A stretch of 64,000 nucleotides of DNA, taken from contig SLIG01000007.1 in assembly GCA_007135755.1 (NCBI GenBank), positions 17,466 through 81,465 of the forward strand, written 5' to 3'. Shown here one piece after another: positions 18,215 to 31,016 of this stretch (its first letter is position 1; each line of letters opens with the position of its first letter). Position numbers and translations under genes: made by a program. The DNA is from Cyanobium sp. (GTDB lineage: Bacteria; Cyanobacteriota; Cyanobacteriia; PCC-6307; Cyanobiaceae). Below the pieces are notes generated by a model. It ran no database searches. It saw only the letters and a list, made by a program, of their open reading frames with translations, and was not told where the DNA came from.

Positions 18215-19903
18215 ATGTCAGCTTTCCCCTCCCAGGATTCAGTCGCCTCGGCCAGCACGACATCCGCTCCCGGCACCGGCACCGCGATCGGCAGCAACGG
18301 CTCTGAATCCCGTGCGCCTGTCGCCCCGGTGGTGCTCACCATCCTCGATGGCTGGGGATACCGCCATGAGGATGAACACAACGCCATCCGCAGCGCCGAC
18401 ACCCCGGTGATGGACGCGCTCTGGCACGCCTATCCCCACACCCTCATCGAAGCCAGCGGGGCGGCCGTGGGTCTGCCCGATGACCAGATGGGCAACTCCG
18501 AGGTGGGCCACCTCACCATCGGCAGTGGTCGCATCATCCGCCAGGAGCTGGTGCGCATCAGCCAGGCCGTGCGCGATGGCTCCCTGGCGACCAATCCCGC
18601 CCTGGACGCCCTGGCAGAGCGTCTGCTGGGCAGCGGCGGCACGCTGCACCTGATCGGTCTCTGCTCCGACGGTGGTGTGCACAGCCACATCGACCACGTC
18701 GGGGGGTTGCTGCACTGGGCGGCCGGCCGGGGCCTCCGCGATGTGTGTGTCCATGTCATCACCGACGGCCGCGACACGGCCCCGAACAGCGCGCCGCGGT
18801 TCGTCGCCGAGTTGGAGCGGCAGATCGAGGCGGCCGGCGTGGGCCGCATCGCCACCCTCTGCGGCCGCTACTGGGCCATGGACCGCGACACCCGCTGGGA
18901 CCGCACCGAGAAGGCCTACCGGCTGCTCACGGAAGCCGAGCCCCTCACAACGCTGAGCCCGGCAGAGGTGATTGAGGCCTCCTACCAGGCAGACGTGGGC
19001 GATGAATTTCTCGAGCCGGTGCGCGTGAGCAATGGACACATGAAGTCCGGCGACAGCCTGGTGTGTTTCAACTTCCGTCCCGACCGCGTGCGCCAGTTGA
19101 TCCGGGCTCTGGTGCTGCCCGACTTCAGCGCCTTTCCCCGCACCCTGCTGAACGATCTGGACGTGGTCACCTTCACCCAGTACGAGAAGGGTCTGCCGGT
19201 GGCGGTGGCCTTTCCGCCCGAATCCCTCGACGGCCTGCTCGGGCAGGTGGTGTCAGAGGCTGGACTGCGGCAGTTCCGCACCGCCGAAACCGAGAAATAC
19301 CCCCATGTCACCTACTTCATGAACGGGGGCATCGAGCAGGCGTTCCCCGGTGAGGATCGTCACCTGGTGCCCTCTCCGCGGGTGGCCACCTACGACCAGG
19401 CACCTGAGATGTCGGCTGAGCAGCTCACCGACAGCTGCATCGCCGCGATTGAAAAGGGGATGTATGCCCTGGTGGTGATCAACTACGCCAACCCCGACAT
19501 GGTGGGCCACACCGGCAAGATGCAGGCCGCCACCACCGCCATCGGCACGGTTGACCGCTGTGTGGGCCGGCTGCTGGAGGCCACCGGCCGGATGGGCGGC
19601 ACGATGCTGATCACGGCCGACCACGGCAACGCCGAAGTGATGCAGGGCAGCGACGGCCGGCCCTGGACGGCCCACACCACCAATCCGGTGCCGGTGATCC
19701 TGGTGGAGGGCGAGCGCCGCAAGCTGCCCGGCCACGGCAATGACATCCAGCTGCGCGAACACGGCGGGCTTGCCGACATCGCCCCCACGCTGCTGGAGAT
19801 CCTCAACCTGCCCAAACCGGCGTCCATGAGTGGGGTGTCACTGGTGGTCCCCGCCGCGGTCAGTGCCGCCGCCAAGCGCATACCCCAGGCCCTGGGCGTC
19901 TGA
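18215..19903 (+). CDS. gpmI: 2,3-bisphosphoglycerate-independent phosphoglycerate mutase
   Basis: [25 protein letters not shown] and TADHGNAE motifs. ATG at 18215; an in-frame GTG lies at 18194. Confidence 0.9.
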   Translation: MSAFPSQDSVASASTTSAPGTGTAIGSNGSESRAPVAPVVLTILDGWGYRHEDEHNAIRSADTPVMDALWHAYPHTLIEASGAAVGLPDDQMGNSEVGHLTIGSGRIIRQELVRISQAVRDGSLATNPALDALAERLLGSGGTLHLIGLCSDGGVHSHIDHVGGLLHWAAGRGLRDVCVHVITDGRDTAPNSAPRFVAELERQIEAAGVGRIATLCGRYWAMDRDTRWDRTEKAYRLLTEAEPLTTLSPAEVIEASYQADVGDEFLEPVRVSNGHMKSGDSLVCFNFRPDRVRQLIRALVLPDFSAFPRTLLNDLDVVTFTQYEKGLPVAVAFPPESLDGLLGQVVSEAGLRQFRTAETEKYPHVTYFMNGGIEQAFPGEDRHLVPSPRVATYDQAPEMSAEQLTDSCIAAIEKGMYALVVINYANPDMVGHTGKMQAATTAIGTVDRCVGRLLEATGRMGGTMLITADHGNAEVMQGSDGRPWTAHTTNPVPVILVEGERRKLPGHGNDIQLREHGGLADIAPTLLEILNLPKPASMSGVSLVVPAAVSAAAKRIPQALGV

Positions 19904-19960
19904 GGATCAGGGGCCTGGGCTCAGAACCCTTAGGCTTCAGCCTGCCAACCGGGAATTTCC

Positions 19961-20191
19961 ATGCTCACCAGCGTGCTCACCTGGGTCTGGGTGGGCTCAG
20001 CCGTGCTGCTGATCATCACCGTGCTGCTCCACAGTCCGAAGGGTGACGGCATGGGCGGACTGGCCGCGAGCGGCGGCTCGATGTTCACCAGCGCCCGCAG
20101 TGCGGAACAGACCCTCAACCGCATCACCTGGACGCTGCTGCTGGTGTTTCTGTCACTGGCGGTGGTGTTGAGCGCCGGCTGGCTGGGTTGA
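19961..20191 (+). CDS. secG: Preprotein translocase subunit SecG
   Basis: 76 aa with two TM segments and LLHSPKGDGMGG, typical of SecG. Confidence 0.8.
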   Translation: MLTSVLTWVWVGSAVLLIITVLLHSPKGDGMGGLAASGGSMFTSARSAEQTLNRITWTLLLVFLSLAVVLSAGWLG

Positions 20192-20198
20192 GGGCCTG

Positions 20199-20699
20199 AT
20201 GCTCAAGCGCCGCAGCCTCATCGCCATTCTCGGACTGAGCTCGCTGGGGTCCGCCCTGGCGGCCCTGCTGGGCCGGGCCGCCACCGCCGATGCCGCCAGC
20301 CCGGCCGCAGATCCGGCCTGGCAGCTCAGTGACAGCCAATGGCAGGAGCGCCTGAGCCCGGAGAGCTATGCCGTTCTGCGGCGTGAGGCCACCGAACGGC
20401 CGTTCTCCAGCGCCCTCAACGCCGAGAAACGCCCGGGCACCTACCGCTGCGCCGGCTGCGAACTGCCCCTGTTCCGATCCGAGGCGAAATACGACAGTGG
20501 CACCGGCTGGCCCAGTTTCTTCGCCGCCCTGCCGGAGGCGATCGGCAGCAGAAGGGATTTCAAGCTGATCGTGCCCCGCACCGAGTATCACTGCAGCCGT
20601 TGCGGAGGCCATCAGGGCCACGTGTTCAACGACGGGCCGCGTCCCACCGGCAGGCGCTACTGCAACAACGGTGTGGCCCTCAGCTTCGAAGCTGACTGA
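20199..20699 (+). CDS. msrB: Peptide-methionine (R)-S-oxide reductase MsrB with twin-arginine-type signal peptide
   Basis: Mature part has YRCAGCELPLF and YHCSRCGGHQGHVF (Zn CxxC pairs) and catalytic RYCNNG. The N-terminus is MLKRRSLIAILGLSSLGSALAALLGRAATADA. Confidence 0.85.
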   Translation: MLKRRSLIAILGLSSLGSALAALLGRAATADAASPAADPAWQLSDSQWQERLSPESYAVLRREATERPFSSALNAEKRPGTYRCAGCELPLFRSEAKYDSGTGWPSFFAALPEAIGSRRDFKLIVPRTEYHCSRCGGHQGHVFNDGPRPTGRRYCNNGVALSFEAD

Positions 20700-20737
20700 C
20701 ACCCAACCCGGGCCCCGGCCAGACTTCAGCACGCCAT

Positions 20738-20763
20738 GAAAAAAGGAGGGCCGAAGCCCTCCT
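20738..20763 (-). terminator. Rho-independent terminator after groEL
   Basis: Minus strand reads AGGAGGGC-TTCG-GCCCTCCT followed by TTTTTT. Confidence 0.8.
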
Positions 20764-20811
20764 GTGGATCTGGATCGTTTGGCCTGGATCAGTGTCCAGC
20801 CAGGTGAGCGA

Positions 20812-22491
<1,680 letters not shown>

Positions 22492-22537
22492 TCAGCACCA
22501 GACGTTGACGGCCGGCTCGGCTGAGCACGCGCTGGGA

Positions 22538-22849
22538 TCAGCTGACGACGGCGAGGATGTCCTTTTCGGACAACAGCACGTACTCGTCGGCACCAAGCTT
22601 GACGTCGGTACCGGCGTACTTGCTGTAGAGGACCTTGTCACCCACTCCCACTTCAGGGGCCTGGCGGGTGCCGTCGTCATTGCGCTTGCCGGGGCCCACC
22701 TGCACCACTTCACCAACCTGGGGCTTTTCCTTGGCGGTGTCGGGCAGCAGGATGCCGCCGGCGGTTTTTTCTTCGGACTCGGAAACCTTGATGAACACGC
22801 GATCTCCAAGGGGTTTGACCGTGGAGACGCTGAGAGAAACAGCAGCCAT
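22538..22849 (-). CDS. groES: Co-chaperonin GroES
   Basis: ATG at 22849 gives [37 protein letters not shown]... (103 aa). Confidence 0.93.
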   Translation of the reverse strand: MAAVSLSVSTVKPLGDRVFIKVSESEEKTAGGILLPDTAKEKPQVGEVVQVGPGKRNDDGTRQAPEVGVGDKVLYSKYAGTDVKLGADEYVLLSEKDILAVVS

Positions 22850-22928
22850 GGATGAATGCGACAGCAACGACATGGCGTCACGGACGCCATTGCAGCGATG
22901 AGGGCCTGGCCTTGGGCAATGCCCGGAG

Positions 22929-22955
22929 CTGGCACTCAAGCGCTACGAGTGCCAA
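22929..22955 (-). promoter_or_regulatory. CIRCE operator (HrcA binding site) upstream of groES-groEL
   Basis: Minus strand reads TTGGCACTC-GTAGCGCTT-GAGTGCCAG, versus consensus TTAGCACTC-N9-GAGTGCTAA. It lies 80-106 nt upstream of the groES ATG. Confidence 0.8.
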
Positions 22956-23062
22956 CCTATGCGGGCCGTCATGCCACGCACCAGCGCCGCGCTGTGCGGG
23001 TGACCGAACCGCCGCCCGGCGGCAGGGCTCGGTGGTAAGGTTGCCCCGCTTATCAGCGGTGA

Positions 23063-24586
<1,524 letters not shown>

Positions 24587-24619
24587 TCGCCCTCGCCGTT
24601 GTCCTGAGGAGCACAAGCC

Positions 24620-25027
24620 ATGACCCTGACCCTGCGCGTTCTGGCCCCTGACCAGAGCGTTTTCGATGGCAGCGCCGATGAGGTGATCCTGCCCTGCACC
24701 ACTGGCCAGATGGGCATCCTGCCTGGCCACATCACCCTGCTCACCGCCCTGGAAACGGGAGTCATGCGGCTGCGGGCCGGGGGTGAGTGGACGTCCATCG
24801 CCCTGCTGGGTGGATTTGCTGAAGTGGAGGCGGATGATGTGACCGTGCTGGTGAACGGAGCCGAACTGGGAAGCCGCATTGATGCCGCCGCGGCCCAGAC
24901 CACCTTTGAAACAGCCCAACAGGCCGCCCAAGGCTACGAGGGCCAGCCCCCCAGCACGGAGAAAATCAAGGCCGCTCAGAATCTGTCCCGCGCCAGGGCC
25001 TGGCTCCAGGCCAGCCAGACCGCCTGA
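24620..25027 (+). CDS. atpC: ATP synthase F1 epsilon subunit
   Basis: 135 aa. MTLTLRVLAPDQSVFDGSADEVILPCTTGQMGILPGH is typical of epsilon. Lies directly after the beta subunit. Confidence 0.9.
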   Translation: MTLTLRVLAPDQSVFDGSADEVILPCTTGQMGILPGHITLLTALETGVMRLRAGGEWTSIALLGGFAEVEADDVTVLVNGAELGSRIDAAAAQTTFETAQQAAQGYEGQPPSTEKIKAAQNLSRARAWLQASQTA

Positions 25028-25102
25028 GCGATCCCCTCCGGAGCGATCCTTTCCAGCACCCCGATTCCGGCGCCCCCATTCCAGCGCCCTCGATTGCATC
25101 AG

Positions 25103-25129
25103 ACCCATCCCGCAAGGGGTGGGTTTTTT
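25103..25129 (+). terminator. Rho-independent terminator after atpDC
   Basis: ACCCATCCC-GCAA-GGGGTGGGT (one G-U pair) followed by TTTTTT. Confidence 0.75.
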
Positions 25130-25169
25130 GCTGGCCAGACCAGCTGCAGCCAAACCCGCAGAAACCATG

Positions 25170-25195
25170 AAAAAAGCGCCCCGGGTGTGGGGCGC
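25170..25195 (-). terminator. Rho-independent terminator after the PSRP-3 gene
   Basis: Minus strand reads GCGCCCC-ACACCC-GGGGCGC followed by TTTTTT. Confidence 0.75.
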
Positions 25196-25223
25196 GCTCG
25201 GCGGGTGGATCAGGCGGAGCGGA

Positions 25224-25736
<513 letters not shown>

Positions 25737-25791
25737 TCAAAGAACTAACCTACCAGCCGCGTTGCCCAGGCCCCTGCCGCCGCCCCAGCCA

Positions 25792-26577
25792 GTGCCCCAG
25801 CCCGCCCTCGCTCCCAGGGCCGTGTTGTTGTTTGACATCGATGGCGTGGTGCGCGACGTGGCGGCCAGCTACCGCCGTGCCCTGGCCGAAACGGTGCACC
25901 ACTACAGCGGCTGGCGGCCGGATGCGGGCTGCATCGACGCCCTCAAGGGCGAGGGACGCTGGAACAACGACTGGGAAGCGAGCCTGGAGCTGCTGCGGCG
26001 CCGCGGCCTGGATCCCCTGCCGGCGTTCGGGGCCCTGGTGGACGTGTTCAGCGGCTTCTACTTCGGTGGCGACCCCGACGCCGATCCCCGGCAGTGGCAG
26101 GGGTTCATCGGCGACGAGGCCCTGCTGATGGACCGCTCCTGCTTCGAGCGCCTGGGCGCGGCGGGAATCGCCTGGGGATTCGTGAGCGGGGCGGAGCCAG
26201 CCTCGGCGCGTTACGTGCTCGAGCAGCGTCTGGGTCTGAGCAAGCCACCCCTGGTGGCCATGGGCGACGCCCCGGACAAGCCCGACCCCACCGGACTGCT
26301 GCAGCTGGCCCTGGTGCTCGGGGGCAAGCCCGGCCCGCAGGCCCCTCCGGTGGCCTACCTGGGGGACACGGTCGCCGATGTGCTCACGGTTCAGAACGCC
26401 CGGCGGGCCTGCCCAAACCGGCGCTTCCTCAGCCTGGCGGTTGCCCCTCCCCACCTGCACAGCCAACCCGAGGCCCGCCGCCACTACGAGCGCGGCCTGT
26501 GGGCCGCCGGCGCCGATGCCGTCATCGCCAGCAGTTCCAGCGCCCTCGAGGAGCTTGAGGCGTTGCTGGACGCTTGA
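25792..26577 (+). CDS. HAD-superfamily hydrolase (subfamily IA-like)
   Basis: LLFDIDGVVRDV (motif I DxDG) and GDTVADV (motif IV). Start uncertain: in-frame ATG 25711, TTG 25762, GTG 25792 or GTG 25822. Confidence 0.7.
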   Translation: MPQPALAPRAVLLFDIDGVVRDVAASYRRALAETVHHYSGWRPDAGCIDALKGEGRWNNDWEASLELLRRRGLDPLPAFGALVDVFSGFYFGGDPDADPRQWQGFIGDEALLMDRSCFERLGAAGIAWGFVSGAEPASARYVLEQRLGLSKPPLVAMGDAPDKPDPTGLLQLALVLGGKPGPQAPPVAYLGDTVADVLTVQNARRACPNRRFLSLAVAPPHLHSQPEARRHYERGLWAAGADAVIASSSSALEELEALLDA

Positions 26578-26603
26578 GCCGTTGCTGACGCTGGCCGCCA
26601 GCG

Positions 26604-27926
26604 CTAGCCGCGCTGCATCGCTGCTGGTGCCTTGAGGGCGGCGGCGCTGAGCACCTCATGGCCGTGGTCGGTCACGGCCACATCGTCCTCGATGCGGATG
26701 CCGATGCCCTTCCAGCGCTCCTCGATGGCGGGCTGGTCCTCCGGCACCGGCAGGCGATCGCTCACGTACAGCCCCGGCTCCACGGTGAGCACCATCCCCG
26801 GCTCCAGCTGCTGGGGGTGCTCACCCAGCCGGTAGGCGCCCACATCGTGCACGTCGAGGCCGAGCCAGTGGCCTGTGCGGTGCATGTAGAGGTGGCGATA
26901 GGCGCCGCGTTCAATGATCCCGTCCACCTCGCCGCACAGCAGGCCCAGCTCCACCAGGCCCTCCACCAGCACGCGCACGGCGGTTCCGTGCACCCCCTCG
27001 GCGGTCTGCCCGGGAGCCACGGCGGCCACCGCGGCCTCCTGGGCAGCGAGCACCAGCTCGTAGAGCTGCCGCTGCTCCGGCGAGAAGCGACCATTCACCG
27101 GAAAGGTGCGGGTGATGTCGCCGTTGTAGTAGTCGGCCAGCGAGCAGCCGGCATCGATCAGCAGCAGATCCCCATCACGCAGTGGAGCGTTGTTGGCCGT
27201 GTAGTGCAGCACGCAGGCATTGTCGCCACCGGCGACGATCGAGCCGTAGGCCGGCCCGCGGGCTCCCTGCTCGAGGAAGTGCTGCTCGATCACCGCCTGC
27301 ACCTGCCGTTCATTGAGGCCGGGTCGCACCACCTCCCGGGCCAGCTCATGGGCCTCGGCGGAGATCCGGCAGGCCTCCCGCATCCGCTCCAGTTCCTCGG
27401 CCTGCTTGCGCAGCCGCAGCTGGTGCAGCAGCGGGCAGGGGGCCACCAGGCCCAGGGCCGCCGCGCCGCTGCGTGGGGCCCGATCGAGCTGACGGGCCCA
27501 GGCGGAGAGCACCAGGGGCTCCACCGTCGGGTGCCTGCCGATGCGGAAGGCAATGCCCTCGGCCCCGTCCAGGTAGTCGCCCAGGCGAGCGGGCAGCTCA
27601 CTGAGGGGATGGGCGAGGTCGGCGCCGAACCGCTCCACCGCCCCCTCCGTGCCCCAGCGGAACCCGGTCCACACCTCGGCGCTGGCTTCGCGGGGCTGCA
27701 CGAACAGCACGAAGCGCTCGCCCGGGGGGCGGTGGGGGAGCAGCAGCGCCACGGCATCGGGCTCATCGAATCCGATGAGGTACCAGAAATCGCTGTCCTG
27801 ACGGAACGGATACTCGCAGTCGGCGTGATGGGTGACCAGAGGCGCCGCCGGAATCACAGCCGCCGCCCCCCCCAGTCGCTCCAGAAAGCGCTGACGGCGC
27901 TGGGCGTGGATCGACGTCAAGGGCAC
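26604..27926 (-). CDS. pepP: Xaa-Pro aminopeptidase (M24B)
   Basis: N-terminal HAQRRQRFLERL, metal ligands in LLLIDAGCSLADYYNGDITRTFP and HRTGHWLGLDVHD, and IEDDV. A GTG/TTG start near 27920-27926 fits homologues. The ORF is open to 28238. Confidence 0.85.
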   Translation of the reverse strand: MPLTSIHAQRRQRFLERLGGAAAVIPAAPLVTHHADCEYPFRQDSDFWYLIGFDEPDAVALLLPHRPPGERFVLFVQPREASAEVWTGFRWGTEGAVERFGADLAHPLSELPARLGDYLDGAEGIAFRIGRHPTVEPLVLSAWARQLDRAPRSGAAALGLVAPCPLLHQLRLRKQAEELERMREACRISAEAHELAREVVRPGLNERQVQAVIEQHFLEQGARGPAYGSIVAGGDNACVLHYTANNAPLRDGDLLLIDAGCSLADYYNGDITRTFPVNGRFSPEQRQLYELVLAAQEAAVAAVAPGQTAEGVHGTAVRVLVEGLVELGLLCGEVDGIIERGAYRHLYMHRTGHWLGLDVHDVGAYRLGEHPQQLEPGMVLTVEPGLYVSDRLPVPEDQPAIEERWKGIGIRIEDDVAVTDHGHEVLSAAALKAPAAMQRG

Positions 27927-28014
27927 CCCTCTCAAACCCAATCGAAGGGCCAGTCTGGAGCAATCCCCTCCGCGACCGATTAAATGGGGTGATGGCCCAG
28001 GGCCCCACCACTCC

Positions 28015-29028
28015 ATGAACGACCTGCTGGTCCTGGCCCTCCTGGTGCTGGTGGTGCTGGCCGGCTCAGCGCTCTGCTCCGGGGTGGAGGCTGCGCTGCT
28101 CACGGTGAACCCGGTGCGCATCCACGAACTGGCGCAGCGGCCGCGGCCGGTGAGAGGTGCTCTTCGGCTGGAGCAGCTGCGGCAACGGCTTGGCCGCACC
28201 CTGGCCGTGCTGGTGATCGCCAACAACGGCTTCAACATCTTCGGCAGCCTGATGCTGGGCGCCGTCGCCGCCCAGGTGTTTCAGCGGCGGGGCATCGAAG
28301 GCCTCGCCCTGCCTCTGTTCTCGGTGGGACTCACGGTGCTGGTGATTCTGCTGGGGGAAATCCTGCCCAAGGCCGTGGGCAGCCGCCTGGCCCTGCCGGT
28401 GGCCCTGGCCAGCGCCCCGCCCCTGCACCTGCTCGGCATGCTGATGCGGCCTCTGGTGCTGCTGCTGGAGCAGCTGCTGCCGGCGATCACCACCGAGAAC
28501 GAACTCAGCACCGACGAGAACGAGATCCGTCTGCTGGCCCGGCTGGGGTCCCAGAAGGGGCAGATCGAGGCCGACGAGGCGGCCATGATCGCCAAGGTGT
28601 TTCAGCTCAACGACCTCACGGCCAGGGATCTGATGATCCCGCGGGTGGCCGCACCGACCCTGGCGGCGGCTGAGCGGCTGGAACTGGCCGGGCCCCAGCT
28701 GCTGGCCAACCCCGCCCCATGGTGGGTGGTGCTCGGCGACGAAGTGGACGAGATCGTGGGGGTTGTGAGCCGCGAACGTCTGCTCACCGCCCTGCTCCAG
28801 GGCCAGGGGCAGCGCACGCCGGCCGACCTCAGCGAAGCGGTGGAATACGTGCCGGAGATGATCCGGGCCGACCGCCTGCTCACCGGCTTCCGGCGCAACA
28901 GCGGCGGGGTGCGCGTGGTGGTGGATGAGTTCGGCGGCTTCGTGGGGGTGATCGGCGCCGAGGCCGTGCTGGCCATGCTGGCCGGCTGGTGGCGCCCCCC
29001 GCAGCCCGCGGGGCAGGAGGCCGACTGA
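28015..29028 (+). CDS. CNNM/DUF21-CBS domain membrane protein (hemolysin-C-like, putative divalent cation efflux)
   Basis: N-terminal DUF21-like TM region (CSGVEAALLTV, GEILPKAVG) followed by a CBS pair region. Confidence 0.75.
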   Translation: MNDLLVLALLVLVVLAGSALCSGVEAALLTVNPVRIHELAQRPRPVRGALRLEQLRQRLGRTLAVLVIANNGFNIFGSLMLGAVAAQVFQRRGIEGLALPLFSVGLTVLVILLGEILPKAVGSRLALPVALASAPPLHLLGMLMRPLVLLLEQLLPAITTENELSTDENEIRLLARLGSQKGQIEADEAAMIAKVFQLNDLTARDLMIPRVAAPTLAAAERLELAGPQLLANPAPWWVVLGDEVDEIVGVVSRERLLTALLQGQGQRTPADLSEAVEYVPEMIRADRLLTGFRRNSGGVRVVVDEFGGFVGVIGAEAVLAMLAGWWRPPQPAGQEAD

Positions 29029-30407
29029 TGACCAGCCGCACCAGCCCAGGCCAGGCCTCCGTTGCGGCCCTGCCGGAGCCCCCTCCCGCCAGAGAGCGCT
29101 GCCGGCTGCTGCTGCGGCAGTGGCGCCATGAGCTGCAGCTCAATGGCCGAGAACGCAGCCTGCTGGGCGGCGCTCTGGCGGTGCTCGACCGTCAGCTGGA
29201 GCGCCTCGAGCAGCGCCACCTGCGGGTGGCGGTGTTCGGCCGCGTGGGGGTGGGCAAGTCGAGCCTGCTCAATGCCCTGCTGGGGGGGCCGGTGTTCGCC
29301 ACCGATGTGGCCCATGGCTGCACGCGCAGCCAGCAGGCGGCCCGATGGGATGTGGCGCTGCGCGCACTGGAGCGGGTGGATCTGGTGGACACCCCCGGCA
29401 TCGACGAGATCGCCGCTGCAGGCCGGGGACGGCTGGCGGCGCGGGTGGCCCGCGGGGTGGACCTGGTGCTGATGGTGCTCGATGGGGACCTCACCGGCGT
29501 GGATCTGGAGGCGATCGCGGCCCTGCTCCAGAGCGGCAAACCGTTGCTGCTGGTGCTCAACCGCTGCGACTGCTGGCCCGGCGAGCAGTGCCGGGCGCTG
29601 GAGGCCAGCATTCAGAGGCGGCTGCGGACCGTGCTCCCGGTGGCGGCTGGCGCCTTGCCGCTGCTGGCGGTGGCAGCCGCGCCCCGCCGGGCGCGGCTGC
29701 GGGCCGATGGCCGGGTGCGCAGCGACCCGGAGCCCCCCCGGGTGGAGCCCCTGCGCCGCCAGCTGATTGAACTGCTGGAGGGGCAGGGCGAACTGCTCCT
29801 GGCCCTCAACAGCCTGGGCGCCGCCGAATCGCTCCAGCGCCAGCTGCATCAGGGCCGCCTGGGCCGCGGTCGCCAGGCGGCCCAGGGACTGATCGGCCGC
29901 TACGCCGCCCTCAAGGCCACGGGCCTGGCCGCCAATCCGCTGCTGCTGCTGGATCTGGCCGGCGGCCTGGCCTGCGACGCCGCGCTGGTGGCCCAGCTCT
30001 GCCAGCTCTACGGCCTGCCGATGAACGGTGCGGCGGCACGGGAACTGCTCAGCCAGCTCACCCGCCAGAACGCGCTCATCGGCGGCGCCCAGATCGGCAT
30101 TCAGCTGGTGCTGGGAGTCCTGCGTCAGCTGCTGCTGCTGGCGTCTCCCTTCACCGGCGGCCTCAGCCTGGCCCCGGCAGCGCCGGTGGCCCTGGCCCAG
30201 GCCGCCCTGGCGGTGCACACCACGCGCCGTACAGGACGGCTGGCGGCACGGGAACTGCTGCGCCGGGGAGAGCTGGGTGGCCAGCCAGGGGCCCTGCGGC
30301 GCCGGCTGATGGCCAGCGACCCGCTGGTGCGGCAGTGGCTCGCTGGCCGGGCCACAGCCGACGGCGGCGCTCGCAGCCCGGCCTCTCTGCAGGCGCTGCT
30401 GCCGTGA
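29028..30407 (+). CDS. GTP-binding protein with C-terminal DUF697-like membrane domain
   Basis: G1 GRVGVGKSSLLNAL, G3 DTPG, G4 NRCD. Hydrophobic C-terminal half. Its ATG overlaps the upstream stop (TGATG). Confidence 0.75.
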   Translation: MTSRTSPGQASVAALPEPPPARERCRLLLRQWRHELQLNGRERSLLGGALAVLDRQLERLEQRHLRVAVFGRVGVGKSSLLNALLGGPVFATDVAHGCTRSQQAARWDVALRALERVDLVDTPGIDEIAAAGRGRLAARVARGVDLVLMVLDGDLTGVDLEAIAALLQSGKPLLLVLNRCDCWPGEQCRALEASIQRRLRTVLPVAAGALPLLAVAAAPRRARLRADGRVRSDPEPPRVEPLRRQLIELLEGQGELLLALNSLGAAESLQRQLHQGRLGRGRQAAQGLIGRYAALKATGLAANPLLLLDLAGGLACDAALVAQLCQLYGLPMNGAAARELLSQLTRQNALIGGAQIGIQLVLGVLRQLLLLASPFTGGLSLAPAAPVALAQAALAVHTTRRTGRLAARELLRRGELGGQPGALRRRLMASDPLVRQWLAGRATADGGARSPASLQALLP

Positions 30408-30985
30408 GCGGTCCCGCCAGCGTCGCCCTGCTGGGCACCAGCGCCGATCCCCCCACCCGCGGGCATCAGGCGCTGCTGGAGGGGCTGCTCCGGCTCTATC
30501 CCCGCGTGGCCACCTGGGCCAGCGACAACCCGATGAAGGATCACGGCGCGCCCCTCGAGCAGCGCGCGGCGCTGCTGGCGGCGGTGGTGGCGGCGATCGG
30601 CGATCCGCGGCTGGAGCTGGTGCAGGAGCTCAGCAGTCCCTGGGCGATCACCACCCTGGAGCGGGCGGCCCAGCGCTGGCCGGCCACGCAACTGGTGTTC
30701 GTGGTGGGCAGCGACCTGGCCGGCCAGATCCCGCGCTGGAGACAGGCCGAGCAGGTGCTGCGACGCTGCCGCCTGGCCGTGGTGCCCCGCTCGGGCTGGC
30801 CCCTGGACGAACGCCAGCTCCAGGCACTGCGCCGCCTGGGGGGCGTGGTGGAGGAGCTGCCGCTGCGGATTCCGGCCACCACCAGCAGCCAGGCGCGGCG
30901 TCAGCCGTCACCGGATCAGGTGGCGGCCGCCGCCTGGCCGCTGCTGCGCCAGCACAATCTCTACGGCCTCAGCGTTCGCTCCTGA
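30404..30985 (+). CDS. nadD: Nicotinate-nucleotide adenylyltransferase
   Basis: GTG at 30404 overlaps the upstream TGA (GTGA). ALLGTSADPPTRGHQ has the (T/H)xGH nucleotidyltransferase motif. Confidence 0.75.
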   Translation: MSGPASVALLGTSADPPTRGHQALLEGLLRLYPRVATWASDNPMKDHGAPLEQRAALLAAVVAAIGDPRLELVQELSSPWAITTLERAAQRWPATQLVFVVGSDLAGQIPRWRQAEQVLRRCRLAVVPRSGWPLDERQLQALRRLGGVVEELPLRIPATTSSQARRQPSPDQVAAAAWPLLRQHNLYGLSVRS

Positions 30986-31016
30986 CTGGCCGCTGCTCAC
31001 CCCACGCTCTGCACCG

